DNA of 64,000 bases, taken from Podarcis gaigeae. Lineage: Eukaryota. The notes below the pieces were generated by a model, which saw only the letters and a list, made by a program, of their open reading frames with translations, searched no databases and was not told where the DNA came from. The DNA lies in the NCBI GenBank assembly GCA_964106915.2, contig OZ066921.1, one strand, 5' to 3'. Position numbers and translations under genes: made by a program. Position 1 is the stretch's first letter; each line of letters begins with the position of its first letter. Of the stretch, positions 12,546 to 25,981 are shown piece after piece.

Positions 12546-12781
12546 AGTGAGGTGGGAGGCTGTGGGGGCCATGGCCCCAGGCACACAATGAACCAGGCAC
12601 CTCCATGCAGGAATCCCCATCCCACCCTGTCTGCCACTGGGGGTCTCTGGGCCCTGGAGCCCAGCCTGGCCTCGCCACCACATCCTCTGCCCCCTCGCTG
12701 AATGGCTACCCAGCTAGTGCTCACTTGCTCCTCGTTAGGATGGTGTGTGGGCATGGAGGGAGGGAGGTGGGCAAGGGGTGG

Positions 12782-12988
12782 TTCAGACTGAACAGCAGGA
12801 AGAACTTTCTGATGGTAAGCGCCATTTGACAGTGGGACGGACACCCTCGGGAGGTGGTTGCCTCTCCTTCCTTGCAGGTTTTAAGCAGAGATTGGATGGC
12901 CAACTGTCATGGATCCTTTAGTTGATATTCCGGCATTGCAGTGGGTTGGACTTGTTGACCCTTGGGACCCCTTCCAACTCTATGATTT
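12782..12988 (+). mobile_element. CR1 LINE 3' fragment (others near 5570-5725, 20730-20880, 31230-31470, 37868-38040, 39230-39320, 39640-39790)
   Basis: aggaagaactttctgatggtaag...gggttggact...cccttccaactctatgatt CR1 3' end. Confidence 0.8.
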
Positions 12989-13856
12989 TATAACCCGTCA
13001 CATGCTACAATAACACCACTTGTGGAGGCACACTGAGTGAAAGATGCTGGCAGTGCTGTACTCTTCCCCGGTAAAGCTGCTAATTCCAGTCTTGCAACCG
13101 ACTGACTTTGGACACGTAAGCTTACCTCTCTATGCCTCAGTTATCCTATTTGTAATATGAGGCTAATGTTGCAGGCAGGTCTGCCCCTGCCTAAGCATCT
13201 TCTCATTACAATGGACAGGGAAAATCCGGAAGATAGTGGTCATAAACAGCATAGCGTAGATGTGAATGGTGTTCTATTACAAGCAATGACCCATAGCTGA
13301 AATGAGATATAAATATGTAGCACAGGGCTCGTTTCGTTTAACAGGTGGAGCAGTGAAAAGCATGGTGGACTTGTGGGATAAATCCAGTCACACAACCAAT
13401 ATGGTTAGCTCTAGTTAATGAATGAAGGGGTTAAGACCATAGAGTTAGCTGTCCTGTCAAACTCAATTATGTCACGCCCCTTCACCTTGGGATGAAGAGT
13501 TATCAAAGCCTTTGTTCACTTTCTTCCACCATGTGAATCCAAACAGAAAGGATGCCCAGAGCACGTGGCTTTAGCAAGTCATCTTTGTTTTTCTGTACAA
13601 CTAATTTACGAACATTTATTGACTTTGATACTAAGTTTTGCTGCCTGTGTTTTCTTGCTGCTGTGTGGAAAAGCACATGAATCTGACCTTTGAGGGGTTT
13701 GTAAGGAAACCATTTTAACTTACCAAATGTACGGTCTGTTTCTATGCTAAAGGGGAAGAAAGGGGAACTTTGAAAAGAAACTTAGAAGGGGATATTGTAA
13801 GGGCCCAACAGCCTCACTTTGCTGCAGGCTTTTTTATTTTAAATCTCTTCTGGAGC

Positions 13857-14086
13857 CAGTGGCGGAGATTCGTGCTCTGGCACCGGGGGGCGGAGAGCAG
13901 TGGGGGCAGGGCTGGCGTGCATCCTGGCGGCATCCTGGGGGCGGGGCGTGTGTCCTGGGGATGGGACACACCTCCTGAGGGGGCGGGGCACCCAGCGCAG
14001 GTGGGAGGCAGCCGTGATGGCACCCCACCGGGATCGCACTTACAGGGGTGGTGCGCTCCCTTCACGCTCTTCTTCCTCCGCCAGTG
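13857..14086. mobile_element. GC-rich hAT MITE
   Basis: cagtggcggag...ctccgccagtg termini; 8-bp TSD tctggagc / gctggagc. Confidence 0.85.
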
Positions 14087-15435
14087 GCTGGAGCTCTCCC
14101 ACCAATAGAGTATCTGCCTCAAGTCTGAATCTAGATATCCAGGGAATTCTTGTTTTATTCTTTTAAACTAATTACAAGCAAACATTTTTAGAAAACCAAC
14201 TCAACTAAGACTGTTTCCCCAAGGAGCATAGTAAAAGTGGGACACACAAAAAAACCAAAACCTGGAACATTTGCAATATGGAAACTTATGGGATTTCAGC
14301 AGGAAACTATGGGACATGCACCTATTGCAAAGTGGCATTGGGACCACAAAACCTTTGCAGGAACAACTGGTATTAAAAGTGCCATCACGTATAGCTGCCA
14401 AGATACCATCATGAGTACAAATCAGGATGAATGCTCAGTTAAGAAAGGATGTCTGGAGAGACATTTATTCATTATTAAAAATCAACCCAACCCCCCGCAA
14501 GCCACAGGAAAGGCAGTCTTAAATACAGGCCAAAATATAAGCAGAAAATCAAGAACTTGCTCATAACAATTAATGTTATCTAAATGCCTTTACTACAATC
14601 AAAACATTGTATTAATATACATCATTCACCGTACATCAAGGAACTTAATAAACGGTCAGAACAATCATGTTCATGATAACTCAGGAATAAACCTCTTTGT
14701 GTTCAATGGAGCTCACTGCCTAGTAAGCAGGCCTTCAGCTGTTACATACGGTACATCAAACAACTTCAAAGTAATGTTCCAAAAACCTCCCAACGCAGTA
14801 AATCAGCTTAACATTACTAAAAGTGCCAAACTTGATTTAAAATTCCAGCTCTTAGCCTCATTAATATGCAGGATATGACAACTATAGACTGGCAATTTCA
14901 TTCACTGCATTGTGAGTGATCTACAGTAATTGTTTGACTGTAATAAGAGTGTTTAGATAATATCAAGTGTTAACAGGCCAACATCTTGTATTTCTGCTCA
15001 TTATTCATGACATCACTGGTACTAGCCAATTGTTGCTGGCAACAATCATGCCCAGAGTTTCAATGCCACGCTCACTCACGCAGAGGGTGAGCTTGCTGTG
15101 GAAATGTGATCTGAAAGACACCCAGATTTGCCCATACACATCACTCTCACTCAAATCACATCATCTGAAAAGCCACTAAAAAGAGGCAGATTTAGGGGAG
15201 TGCAACCTGTTTGCCCGCACTGGGCGCTAACCTGAGAGGGTGCCACAGGGGGCACTGCAATAATGACAAACATTGGGAGATGAGAAGCAGCAGGGGGCAA
15301 ATTTTGGCATTGCACAGGCTGCCCCTGAAATTTTAAAGCTCAGAATCTGCGACTGAACTCAAATAAACAAAGGATTTGTTTTGAAATATTTTAGCTGCAT
15401 GGAAGCACAACAATCATAGATCAGTGTTCCAGGAG

Positions 15436-15865
15436 CAGTGGCAGAGCTTCATGCTCCGGTACTGGGGGCGGAGAGCAGGCGGGGGCAGGGCTGGCGCACG
15501 TTCTGGGGGCAGGCAGGGGGGGCTGTTATGTACTGAAGTTCTCACCCTACCAGCAGGGGGATACTGTAGATAGTTTTCACTCAGGTCCACATATGCAAAT
15601 AAGGGATTGAAAGTGACGTTCAGTGATTGGATAGTTACAGAAAGTGGTTACTGTTGCATTGTAGTGGAGCTCTATATAAGCAGGCTGGCTGAACCCTTCA
15701 GTTTAGTTCTGTTCTGGCCTGTGAATAAACAAGAGCTGTTTGAAGAATTGCTGTGTCATCTGATATGTTCACCTACAACTTAACAGCGGCAGCCGCAATG
15801 GCACCCTGGGGATCGCACTGCTGGGGGCAGTGCGCTCCCCCCACACTCCTCTTCCTCCGCCAGTG
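15436..15865. mobile_element. hAT MITE of the same family as 13857, interrupted by a solo LTR
   Basis: Perfect 8-bp TSD tccaggag at 15428-15435 and 15866-15873. Confidence 0.88.
15524..15785 (+). mobile_element. Solo LTR (262 bp)
   Basis: TGTTA...TAACA inverted ends, octamer atgcaaat, attgg box, TATATAA, AATAAA in the expected order; 5-bp flanks ggggc / gcggc. Confidence 0.88.
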
Positions 15866-16509
15866 TCCAGGAGCTTCATGTATTTCTAAATTCCAAGCAA
15901 TTCTTACAGCCCCCCTCTACGGTAGGTCAGTATTATTGACCCCTTTTTGTAGATGGGGGACTGAGGCTGAGAGAATGTGGCTTACCTAAAACTGCTCTTA
16001 TGTCAGAGGAGATATTGGAAGCAGGGACTTCCCGGTTTGTAGTTCCATCCCACACCTACTGCCTTGCACCAACTTGGGAATTGCTTACGCGCATGGGGTG
16101 CTCACATGAGCTCAGTGCTTTTTGCTTGCTCATCAAGATGGCAATCACTTCCAGATGAACCAAGTCAGCTCCAATAAGCCACAAGGCACAACACTGTCTG
16201 GAAGGAGCCTTCATGAATTGGAAATTACTTTCTCTGTGTACACAAATCTGTTGACGGGTAAAGCAGAAGGAAAGGCAAACCTGCACAGAATGTGTGGGCT
16301 GGGAATACTTTGGTAAGTCTGCACCTGTTTGATGCAAGAGTTTTCAATATACCCCACCCACATTTCAATATCCTCATGGTGGATTCCACAGCCCAATAAA
16401 GCCCATACTTCTATGAATCTCCCCCCCCCCCCAGTATTTTATGTAGCTTGATCCTTTTTGTGTTCAGTAGGGCCAGGGGCCAAATGCGCTTCTCCAGGGC
16501 TGTTTTGGG

Positions 16510-16612
16510 TAAGGTTACCAGATATCCCCAGATTTACAAATCAGTCCCCATACAAAATCCATTAAAGTTGAAAAGTGTCCCCGGATTCATTGAAAAAAAT
16601 CTGGTAAGCTTA
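16510..16612. mobile_element. hAT (Blackjack-like) MITE
   Basis: TIR taaggttaccagat / atctggtaagctta; perfect TSD gttttggg. Confidence 0.9.
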
Positions 16613-16862
16613 GTTTTGGGACTCTGTACTGGCCAGAATCCCTCCCCGGGCGACAGCCCCTCTCCAGGATCTATGATTTATTAGCCTTGTTCCACATCCT
16701 GGAGTTGGGGAGTTGCTTTGCTGAAATATACCCTTGAATATAATGCCCCTTGCTTGTCTGGGTGGAGGGTGTGTAGCCTAGAATGTAGTCTAGTACACAA
16801 AGATAAGAGTCACATTCATTGATGTGGAGAACTAACCTTAAGAGTAGGAAAATGAAAACTAG

Positions 16863-17195
16863 AGGTCCCATCTGCACTATACATTTAAAGCATTATCGTA
16901 CCTCTTTAAACAGTCATGGTTTTCCTCAAAAACTCTTGGGTACTGTATTCTGTAAAAGGTGAGAGTTGCTAGGAGGCCCCCTATTCCCCTCACTGACCTA
17001 CAATTCCCAGTGTGGTTTAACAGTCAATCCCTCTTCACAGGAAATGCTGAGAATTGCAGCTCTGTGAGGGGAATCAGGGTCTTCTGACAACTCACAACAC
17101 CCTAAGCAAACCACAGTTCCCATGATTCTTTGGGCAAGCCATGATTGTTCAAAGTGGTACGATACTGCTTTAAATATATAGTGCAGATGGGGCCT
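16863..17195. mobile_element. ~330-bp fold-back MITE, possibly PIF/Harbinger (other copies at ~9204-9520 and ~32410-32772; partial at 48945-49260)
   Basis: Long TIR cccatctgcactata(c/t)atttaaagca, palindromic over most of its length. Confidence 0.8.
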
Positions 17196-18394
17196 ATGAG
17201 AACCTAAAATGGAAACATTCGCCCATTGCTAGCTGTATGTGTGACTTGGCTCACACCCTAAACTGGCCTCCTGTCCTTAGGTATGATGGAAGCTGTAATC
17301 CTCTAATCCTGTCACAAATGCCGAAGATTCACTTTTGGTGTTTGTATGAGGGATGAGGTTGAAATGGCACCTTCCTGTCCTTCACCTCAGGCAGCAAAAT
17401 GTCTTGGACTGTTCCTGAAATGGTGGCTCCCAGGCCCACACTATAGGAGCCATTATTAAATTACTGAAAGTGCCCTGAAATAAAAATTAGATCAGCAGTT
17501 TGTGGGAAATTAAAATGGTGGTTCCAAGACCCAGCTCCCCAAAAAAACAAATGTTTAAGTAGGGGAGGGACCTGGGTGGGCAGGCATTAATGGTGGGCAT
17601 TGCTGGCTTCCCCCATTGCCTCAGCATATTGTTAATGCCTATAATTTAGGAGCGAGAGGTCACTCAGTCCTGCAAGGGATTCCACACTCTGAAGGGCCTG
17701 CAGAATGATGGATGTGTCTGAGATACTGGCTTTTACAAGGCATCTGTTTAAACCTCTAGAAGCACATCGTTTGAGAATCTTGGCTCTAGGCTCATACTTC
17801 TTTGTCTTTGCTGCCTGCCTCGTGAATTATTTTCTCCAAATAATATAAAACAACCACACCTGGTTTCATCTGACAAGCATTGACAGCAGATGGCGGAGGA
17901 TATGTGTTTTGGATCTGAGGAAGTCCAACTAAATTCACTGTTGACTGCTGTGTCTGTAACCAGAGCCAGAGCTAGGATGCTGCTGGTTCTTTAACAATGT
18001 GGGATGGAGGGAATGGATCTTTTTCGGCCAGGGTGATTTGAAAGGCAAGCAAACGCACTACCCCTTGGCAGGTTGAGAGCAAACAACGAGGGCAAAGGCT
18101 AGCAGGGACATTTCTTTCCACAGTGTGGCACGCCTGCAAGAGGGCATTGCTTTCCAGTGGCCTCAGCAGCTTTTTGCAGCTGGGAACCTTGAGGGGTGCT
18201 TGTTCCACAAACAGAGCAAACTCACCTTGAGCTCGGACAGCAGGGCTTGATGGAAATAAAAGAGCTGAATTGCGAAGGACAGGGAGCTCTCTTAGTGGGG
18301 AAGTGGTACCTGCCTCTTTTGTGTGGTGAAACAACAAGGGACGTAGCACATTAGATCCCCACAGATAAGCCATTCAGCTGCTGTTGCTTCTCCT

Positions 18395-19187
18395 TAGGCT
18401 TGCCATATGCCCGGAAAATTCTGGACATGCCAGGAAATTGGACACCTAAAATGGCGTCCTGGGGGAAAAAATTGAATTTTAAGAGATGTACGGAATTTCC
18501 TGTACGTATGGCAATCCATTTTTTTGTTCAGTTTTCTGGTTTTTCCCCTCCCTCTGAGCCGCGGAAGGAATGCCCCCCCCCTTATGTGGGAGACCCCAAG
18601 TGCGCTCATGCCCCCTGCCTCCCCAAGCGCAGCAGCCCCAAATGAGGAGGGGAGAGCGGAGGGCAGTGGAAAGCTTGTGAGAGCATCCCTAAGCACCTGC
18701 CAGCCGTCCGGAGAGGAAAATAAAGACGACTCAGTTATCCTGCCCCTGCTTTTCTCCCTCTTTGTTTTTCGAAGCTGCTGCAGCGGCTGCTTCGAGGAAG
18801 ACAATCTTTCCTCTTTCCAGGATGCAGAGCAGAAGGCAAGGAGCCCAGCTAAAAGGGAACAGGGCACCTGTGGCTACTCGGGAACAGATCAAAAGGAACT
18901 TACCTCCTCAGTCCTACCCTCCCAAAGGAATCTCCCTTCCCTTCCCTGCTAGAAGAAGAAGAACCAGCTCTTGGAGGTGCTGAGGTTTGTTTGAGGGGAG
19001 GCTGTGCCAACGCCCCATTTGCCCTGTGCGGGGGGAGCGGGGAGAGAAGGAAAAATAACTAAATAAAGTTGAAGTTTAAAATGTGTCCTCTTTCTTTGTT
19101 TTAGTGGGTTTCCTAAAAAAAAACAAAAAACAAGCTCATAAATTTGGGGGTGTCAGAAATTTTACTTTTTGAAATATGGCAAGCCTA
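18395..19187. mobile_element. 793-bp non-autonomous hAT element
   Basis: Perfect 14-bp TIR taggcttgccatat / atatggcaagccta; TSD cttctcct / cttttcct. Confidence 0.88.
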
Positions 19188-21050
19188 CTTTTCCTACTTC
19201 AGTGCCAAAGTGCCAAAAAGGGTTTAAGTCCCCTTACACTTCTTACAAATCAAAGAGAGAAATGAAATGCACATTTTCTTTCTCATATTTTATGGAGAGA
19301 CTCAGGCGTTGATGAACCTCTCTCTGTGCCCATTCCCTCTTTCATGTGACCCTTTTTCTCTCATGAAAGTGAAGGGGGGGGGTGATAGCTGCAATTCTGG
19401 GGAGTCATGGGTGAAATCCAAGAACATTCGTGGAGTGGGCTTGCTTTTAAAAATACAGTAAAGTGGCTGATGGTGTGTGTGTGTGTTTCTTTGCTTTAAT
19501 GACAGGAAAGTTCTGCTGCCACTTCAAACATCTGCTTGGCTACTGCCTGTGGCTCAATGGCATTTGCTTTGCAATTAGGAACAGAATGGGCACTATGGGA
19601 TTGATGCCATGCCATGTCATGAGTTCCCAGTTCTGAGCTTTATACTGGTAAACAAGGAACCACTGAACCGAAGCTGGCAGGCAGCAGCCCACTGAATCTG
19701 ATGCCACAGCATCCTGCCCTGCAGGACTAGAGGCAGGTCCCTCGCTAGAGGCCTTCTCTTGCACTCCAGGAAATGATGGCCTTCCACACTACCTCATCCC
19801 CTGCTTTGCATGCATGCAGACGGTCACTCATTCATTCCCCAGCTGAAACACTCCCTGTCTGGAACCCTGAATAGCTGCTGCCAGTCAGCTGAGCTGGGTG
19901 GACCAATGGATTTGACTCAGCATAAGGCAGCTTCCTGTGTTCCTATGTGTATGCATGTCACGTCAATGAGGTTTGTCCAGGAGAACTTCTGTACTGCTTT
20001 TAATGGTATTTACATCTTTATATAGCTGTACACCGCCCTGATATTTTATGAGAGGGCAGGATATAAATACTTTTTTATAAATAAACATAATAAATAGGAG
20101 CTTTCTGTGGATTGTGCCCATGGCAGATCAAGACGCACCTTTGTCTCCTACCTGGAGGCAAATTAAACAAAGGACTGCCCTTTCTTCACATATAAAGACA
20201 ATAGAAGGCCGATGCTCAGATAAAGGGGACCACACACATTTCAAGCACTTAAATAATCTGAGCACTTTACATGGTGTTAGGAAAAGTGGTGTTAGGTACC
20301 TCTGGTACCAAAATAAGCTTTTAGCATGATGGTTGATAAATGTGGATGGAGTTGTGGCAGGTGATCACAACAAAGCAGGTGCCACCTTCATCACACCAAA
20401 GGATATGCATGTTGGGGACAGGAGTGCTTGCGGGGGCCACATCGTTTCATTAGCTCCATCTCTTCTTTGAACCACATAAAGTGGCAGAGTCCCTGAAGGT
20501 CCTCTAGTTCAACTGCCTCTGTCCTTATTGCAAGATGCACAATGAAGGCTGCAACGACAACAGGAAAATTTTGGCCTTCCAAATATTGTTGAACTACAAC
20601 TCCCACCATCTCTGGCCATTGTCCAGCGTGATTGGGCTGGCAGGAGTTGTAATTCAGCAACATCTGGAGGGCCAAAGGTTCCCCATGTCTTAACTGCATT
20701 CTCCTCATGTTTAGCCAAAATCTGCTTACACAACATTTTCACCCACTGGTTCTAGTCTTGCCTTCTGGAGCCACAGAGAACAAGTCCGCTCCATCTTCTT
20801 TCTGCATGTCAGTCCTCTATCACGTCTCATCTTAATCTCTTCTTCTCCAGGCTAGACATACCCAACTCTTTCAAATGTTCCGTCTGGCAGCCTTCCCTAA
20901 GAAGAACTGAATGCCTTTGCAAATCAAACACTGGTGTGTTTTACATCCCAGGCGCACTTTTGATGGGTGCTGTCCAAGTTTTCTTCTAGGATAAAGACTG
21001 AGAAGTCCTTAGGATAAGAACTGAGAAGAGAGAAAGACTGGCCTATAGAT

Positions 21051-21184
21051 TAAGGTTACCAGATGTCCCCGTTTCCCGGGGACAGTCCCCGGATTTACAA
21101 ATCAGTCCCCATACAAAATCTTATCATTCCTACTGAAGTTGAAAAGTGTCCCCGGAGTCATTGAAAAAAAATCTGGTAACCTTA
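21051..21184. mobile_element. hAT (Blackjack-like) MITE
   Basis: TIR taaggttaccagat / atctggtaacctta; perfect TSD ctatagat. Confidence 0.92.
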
Positions 21185-23764
21185 CTATAGATGGCAGGTT
21201 GTCCTTGTCCCATTTTCCTCTGCAAGTTTCTTCCAGGCTACACAAGTTCATTCACCCAAGCAGCACTCAATAAATTACTCCTCCTACTGCAGTTGGCACA
21301 GGAACAGCCCTGCTTGCTAACGAGCTTGCTGATCATCACGGCAGAGAAAAGGTGCCTGCAATTCAAAGGCAGCATTAACAGGAATGGAGATGGGGTTGCC
21401 ACTTCAGGTGGCGCAACCCGTGCATCCATTGCAGGTGGCACAGGGCCAAAGGTGACATGGCAGTAGCAGAGGAAAGAGTGGCTCTGATTTTCACAGCAAA
21501 GGGTGAGGGGACTCGGTCCGCCCTGCCCTACCTCCCCATAGCTTCTCTATCCTTCTCAGCTAAGGTCCCAAACTGGGCATGGTGGTCTCTCAGCTGGCTA
21601 AAAGGCAACTGAAGAGCAGCTACAGGAAAGTAAGATGATGATGATGATGATGATTTATTGAATTTATATACCACCCTATACCCGGAGGTCTCAGGGTGGT
21701 TCACAGAAAAGATCAACAAAATAAATATATATAATCAAAATAAAAACAACAACCCAATAGCATCCCCCCCTCCCAAAAGAGCCGCATTTTAAGAGGGTGT
21801 AGGATGTCAATCAGATCAACCAAAGGCCTGGTTTAAAAGGAATGTTTTTGCCAGGCACCTAGATGCAGACACAGAGTAAATTCAGAACCCCTGATCAACA
21901 CATGTGCCCCAAAAGAGAAAACGTTGATTTACTATGATAGCCATGACCAGATTGCCCTCTGGTCATATGCAGATTGCTCCTGAAAGACCTGTGTGTCTTA
22001 AAGCACATGCACACACCTTATTTTGAGAAAGGCCAGAACTAGAGCATGTGTTCTGCATGCAGGAGGCTCCGGGTTCAACTCTTGGCATCTCTAGCTAGGA
22101 GACCCCTGGAGAGCTGCTGCTGCCAGTCAGTGTGGTTCAGGGGTGGAGATTCTCTTTCGTTTTCTGGCCACAGGATTATCTGGCCCCACCCCACAGGGTG
22201 AACCTACCTAATTTTCACTTTCTGAAACAATACGCATTCCAAAACACAGTCGTCGTCTTCTTCCTCTTCTTGGAAATTTGCACTTCTCTGAATTTTGCAA
22301 TGCAGCTCTCCAGCCAAGGAATGTGTGCAAAAATGCATAAACTAGGGTGAATCATGCATTAAAAATGTATTTTATTGAAAATAACATTAAAAATGAGTAT
22401 ACTGGGGAAATTGTTTTGCAAAATCATGTATATTAGGCCAAGTTGTTAAAAAAAAGGTGTAAATTAGTAGAAATTCTCACCAAAATGCTGGTGAAGATTT
22501 AGAAAGAATCTGTGAATTGATGTGGAATTTTGGAGAACTGAATTTAGGATTGGGGAAAACGGGAAACAGAGAAACTTAAAAGAACAGTTCCACCCATCCT
22601 TAGTGAATGTGTTTGTGTTACTCGTTTTTGGAGAAGGTGGAGTCATATTTGAGGAGGCCAACTGAGTGAAGAAGCATATCCAAGTAATTAGGTTGCCCCC
22701 ACCCCATCCCAGGCCAGTTTTCCCCAGTTCAACACCACCACAGATTGCTGATCTCTATCGCCCTGGGAACTGGGCCAAGGGACAGGATCCCATTAAAGCC
22801 ATGCAGCCAGAGAACCAACTCTGCCACTCCACCTCCCCGGGGGCAAAAAATGCCCTACAAAGGGAGACTCTGCAGCAAGGCTGCTTGCTTTGGCTATTAA
22901 AGACAATTATTTTAATTAAGGGACATGGACATGATGTAAGTAACGTCCTCTCCTCATTCAGTGTCTTAATACCACTCCCTGTGCACCTCCTGCCTGGCTC
23001 TTTCAGTAACCAGTGCTGTTTTGAGCCCTAATATTACTACAGAGTCCTATTAGGGAGTCACATCAGTGCTGTGAATTTAGCAAAAAAGCTGAGAGCTGCC
23101 TGGGGCAGCTTGTTAAGGGGCTGGAATTTGAGGTTGCAGAGTTCTTTCAGGACCATTTTCCCAGAGTCTGGGTGGAGGCCTTTATCTTTCTCCTTTTCAT
23201 TTTGGCTCTCTCCCACCCAACCCCACCAACCACTTACCAAACCACCAGTTGTACAGAATAGAGTCTGGATTCTACCAGTTCAGACTGCTGATTGCAGGGA
23301 GTCAATTTTTCAGCACAGTCTAATCCTCAGCTTGAAAAGTTCATTTTAAAGCGAAAGAGTTCTCTTTCAAGTCGACCCATACGGAACTGATTCCCATTCC
23401 TATTGGTTCCTTTACAAAAAAAGAAGAAGCTAGTTTGGTTTATGTCCAATTCATGCTTCATCCAAATGATTCTTCGGCGGGGGGGGGTGGAATCAAGCTT
23501 TCAGAGAGCTACAAGCTTCTGTGGAAAAATATAAAATATACTTAAGAAGATTAAGAAAGAAGAAAAGCATTCTCTCTCTCTGTGATGCCCTTCCACCCAA
23601 AGATAGAGCAAGAGCTTTTTATTCAGACAGACCTTGGGCTTGTGATCTAACTCCATGCCTTCACTTCCCATTCTTGAAAGGTTTTAACTGGCTGTAGTTT
23701 ATTGGTTGGTTTTCCTGCTCTTTTTATCTTCTCCTATCATAGTTTTTATTTTTATAGGACTGTA

Positions 23765-23989
23765 CAGTGGTGCCTCGGTTTTCAAACGTAATCTATTCCA
23801 GAAGACCGTTCGACTTCCGAAACGTTAAAAAACTGAAGCATTTACTTATGGAAAACTCAATATGGAAGCCATGCGGCACGTTCGACTTCCAAAAAGCGTT
23901 CAAAAACTAAAGCAGTTACTTCCGGTTTTTCGGCGTTTGGAAACCAAAACATTCAACTTCCAGGACATTCTAAAACCAAGGTGCCACTG
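23765..23989. mobile_element. Tigger-like MITE (related copies at 28703-28920, truncated, and 42197-42446)
   Basis: TA TSD; TIR cagtggtgcctcggtttt...aaaaccaaggtgccactg. Confidence 0.85.
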
Positions 23990-25612
23990 TATTTATTTAC
24001 ATTTATTACCTGCCTTAGGAGCTGTGTGAGGAAACATGGGATAGAATTACATTGGAACAATAAAAAAAAAAACTTGTTAGATCCATTGCCTCTTGTGAAG
24101 TCCACTATACAGACCTTACACAAATGACCTGAGGGGCAAGAATCGTATATCCCACTCACATACCTCTCAACTGTCCCACTTTAAGCAGGACATCCTAGAA
24201 TTATAGACGCCATCTTGGCTTCTGAGTGGATCCCAGGATGTACTGCTTTGGCTCCTGCAAGAGCGTAGCCCCAAAAGACACCCGTTTCAGAGGGCCATGC
24301 TCTCTCACGAACATGACTCCTGTGGGAGCTCGTCCCTGAAAGATGTGCATCCAAGTTTTCCTCTGTGGCATGTTAGAGGGTATGCACTTATTTTCTCCCA
24401 CTTCTGCAAAGCAGGCCCAAGGTATCATATATCAGTCAGTTAACCCAGATAATTGAGCTGATGATCTTCCAATGCAGCTTTCTGCGTTAATTCCTTAAGC
24501 TGCAGTCACTATGGATAATAAGGGCAGCCCATAATCACGCCCTAAAGAAGCATCCAGAAAGGTAGGCAGCTTGTTGTTCCTTTATATATAAGGATCATCC
24601 AATGGTAATAAAACAGTGAGCTGTCAAAGGGCGGTGTAAGGGTATTAGCGCTGTGCTGAAAACTTCTTGTTCGTTTCCTCACCAACCCGTTCTCCATCAA
24701 TTGGGGGGGGGGGAATTGCACTCATAATAATCAAAGTTGAGAGGGAAAGATGGTGAAATTTTCAATGGCAGAGTACAGGATTTTAAAAAGTGTGCCTGCA
24801 GGTCTTGCTATCCATCTGCTTGCTATCAGAAAATTCACTTAACCACACCCAAAGATTTATGCCCAACCTTGCCGTATGCACCACGGATTCACTCATCCAA
24901 ACAGCCCATTTCCTTACTTTCTTGTTTGTGCTTTGTTTTGGCGGCAGCCATTTTGGCGGAAACCATGGCGAGAGGGAGTGAGCTTGGACACATCTGGGAG
25001 CAGTAGAGTTCATACAAATGAGCTTTCTACGTTGTCTAGCAAAGCGATTATATGTGCCATGCCAAACCTGTTTTCCAACCCCACCGTTTTCTAACTCTAG
25101 TCAGCATCGCTACAATAACAGGCATCCTTGCTGGTGTGGAAAAAAGCACCAGAACATACTCACCCCTATGTTATGGCTCGCTACACAACTGTTCGGGTGC
25201 TTATCGGTTTTGTGTGGCCTAGTTCAGGGCAATGAGTGCCAAGCAAATGGGCCAGAACTCTTCAGAGTTCAAGGTGAAAGGTCCCCGTGTGTCGTCCTAT
25301 CCTCCACGGAAATATGGAGCTTCAAATCCAGGAGTGCTGGACTGTGTGCATTTATGCAATAGCATCTCCCTGTATCTTTGGAAGTCCCTTGGCCTTGATC
25401 TGAGCCAAAGTGTGCAAATGACTCTTATCACGCTTCCTCGTTGTGATGCAAAGGGAAGCCATCGCAAAGAGGTGGTGGTGAGCTTAATTACTAAATGCTT
25501 CTAAAGCAAGAAAATTGCAGCATCAATCAGAAAGCCTTGCTTTGCGCGAGGCAGGGCACAGCGGCAGGACTGGCTGGCTGGCTGTGAAGCTAATTGCTGG
25601 ACCCGGCTTACG

Positions 25613-25614
<2 letters not shown>

Positions 25615-25656
<42 letters not shown>
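25615..25656. repeat. (AT)n microsatellite
   Basis: Direct observation. Confidence 0.98.
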
Positions 25657-25660
<4 letters not shown>

Positions 25661-25981
25661 CACCAACAGACTTCCTGCTTTGCTAGCAAGATGTGGTCCA
25701 GCCAGTTGCCATTCATCAACCCATCTAGGAGGCCAACCATTGAATGTGACCCGACTCTGCGCAGATTCCAGGGCTTCCCTCTCCCTCGGCCCCACCTGAA
25801 AAACAAGTGAGTCAGGGCATCTTCAAAAGGAAGGCGGGGCAAGGGAGATAAGGGAAGCAGCAGGCACAGGGACTACAAAAACAAAACAAAACAGGGAACA
25901 CCCCCTGCAAAGGGAATATAAATGAACTGGAGGAACTGGACACATTGCAAGGAGAGGAATTAAGAACTGGAAGGGCACTTG

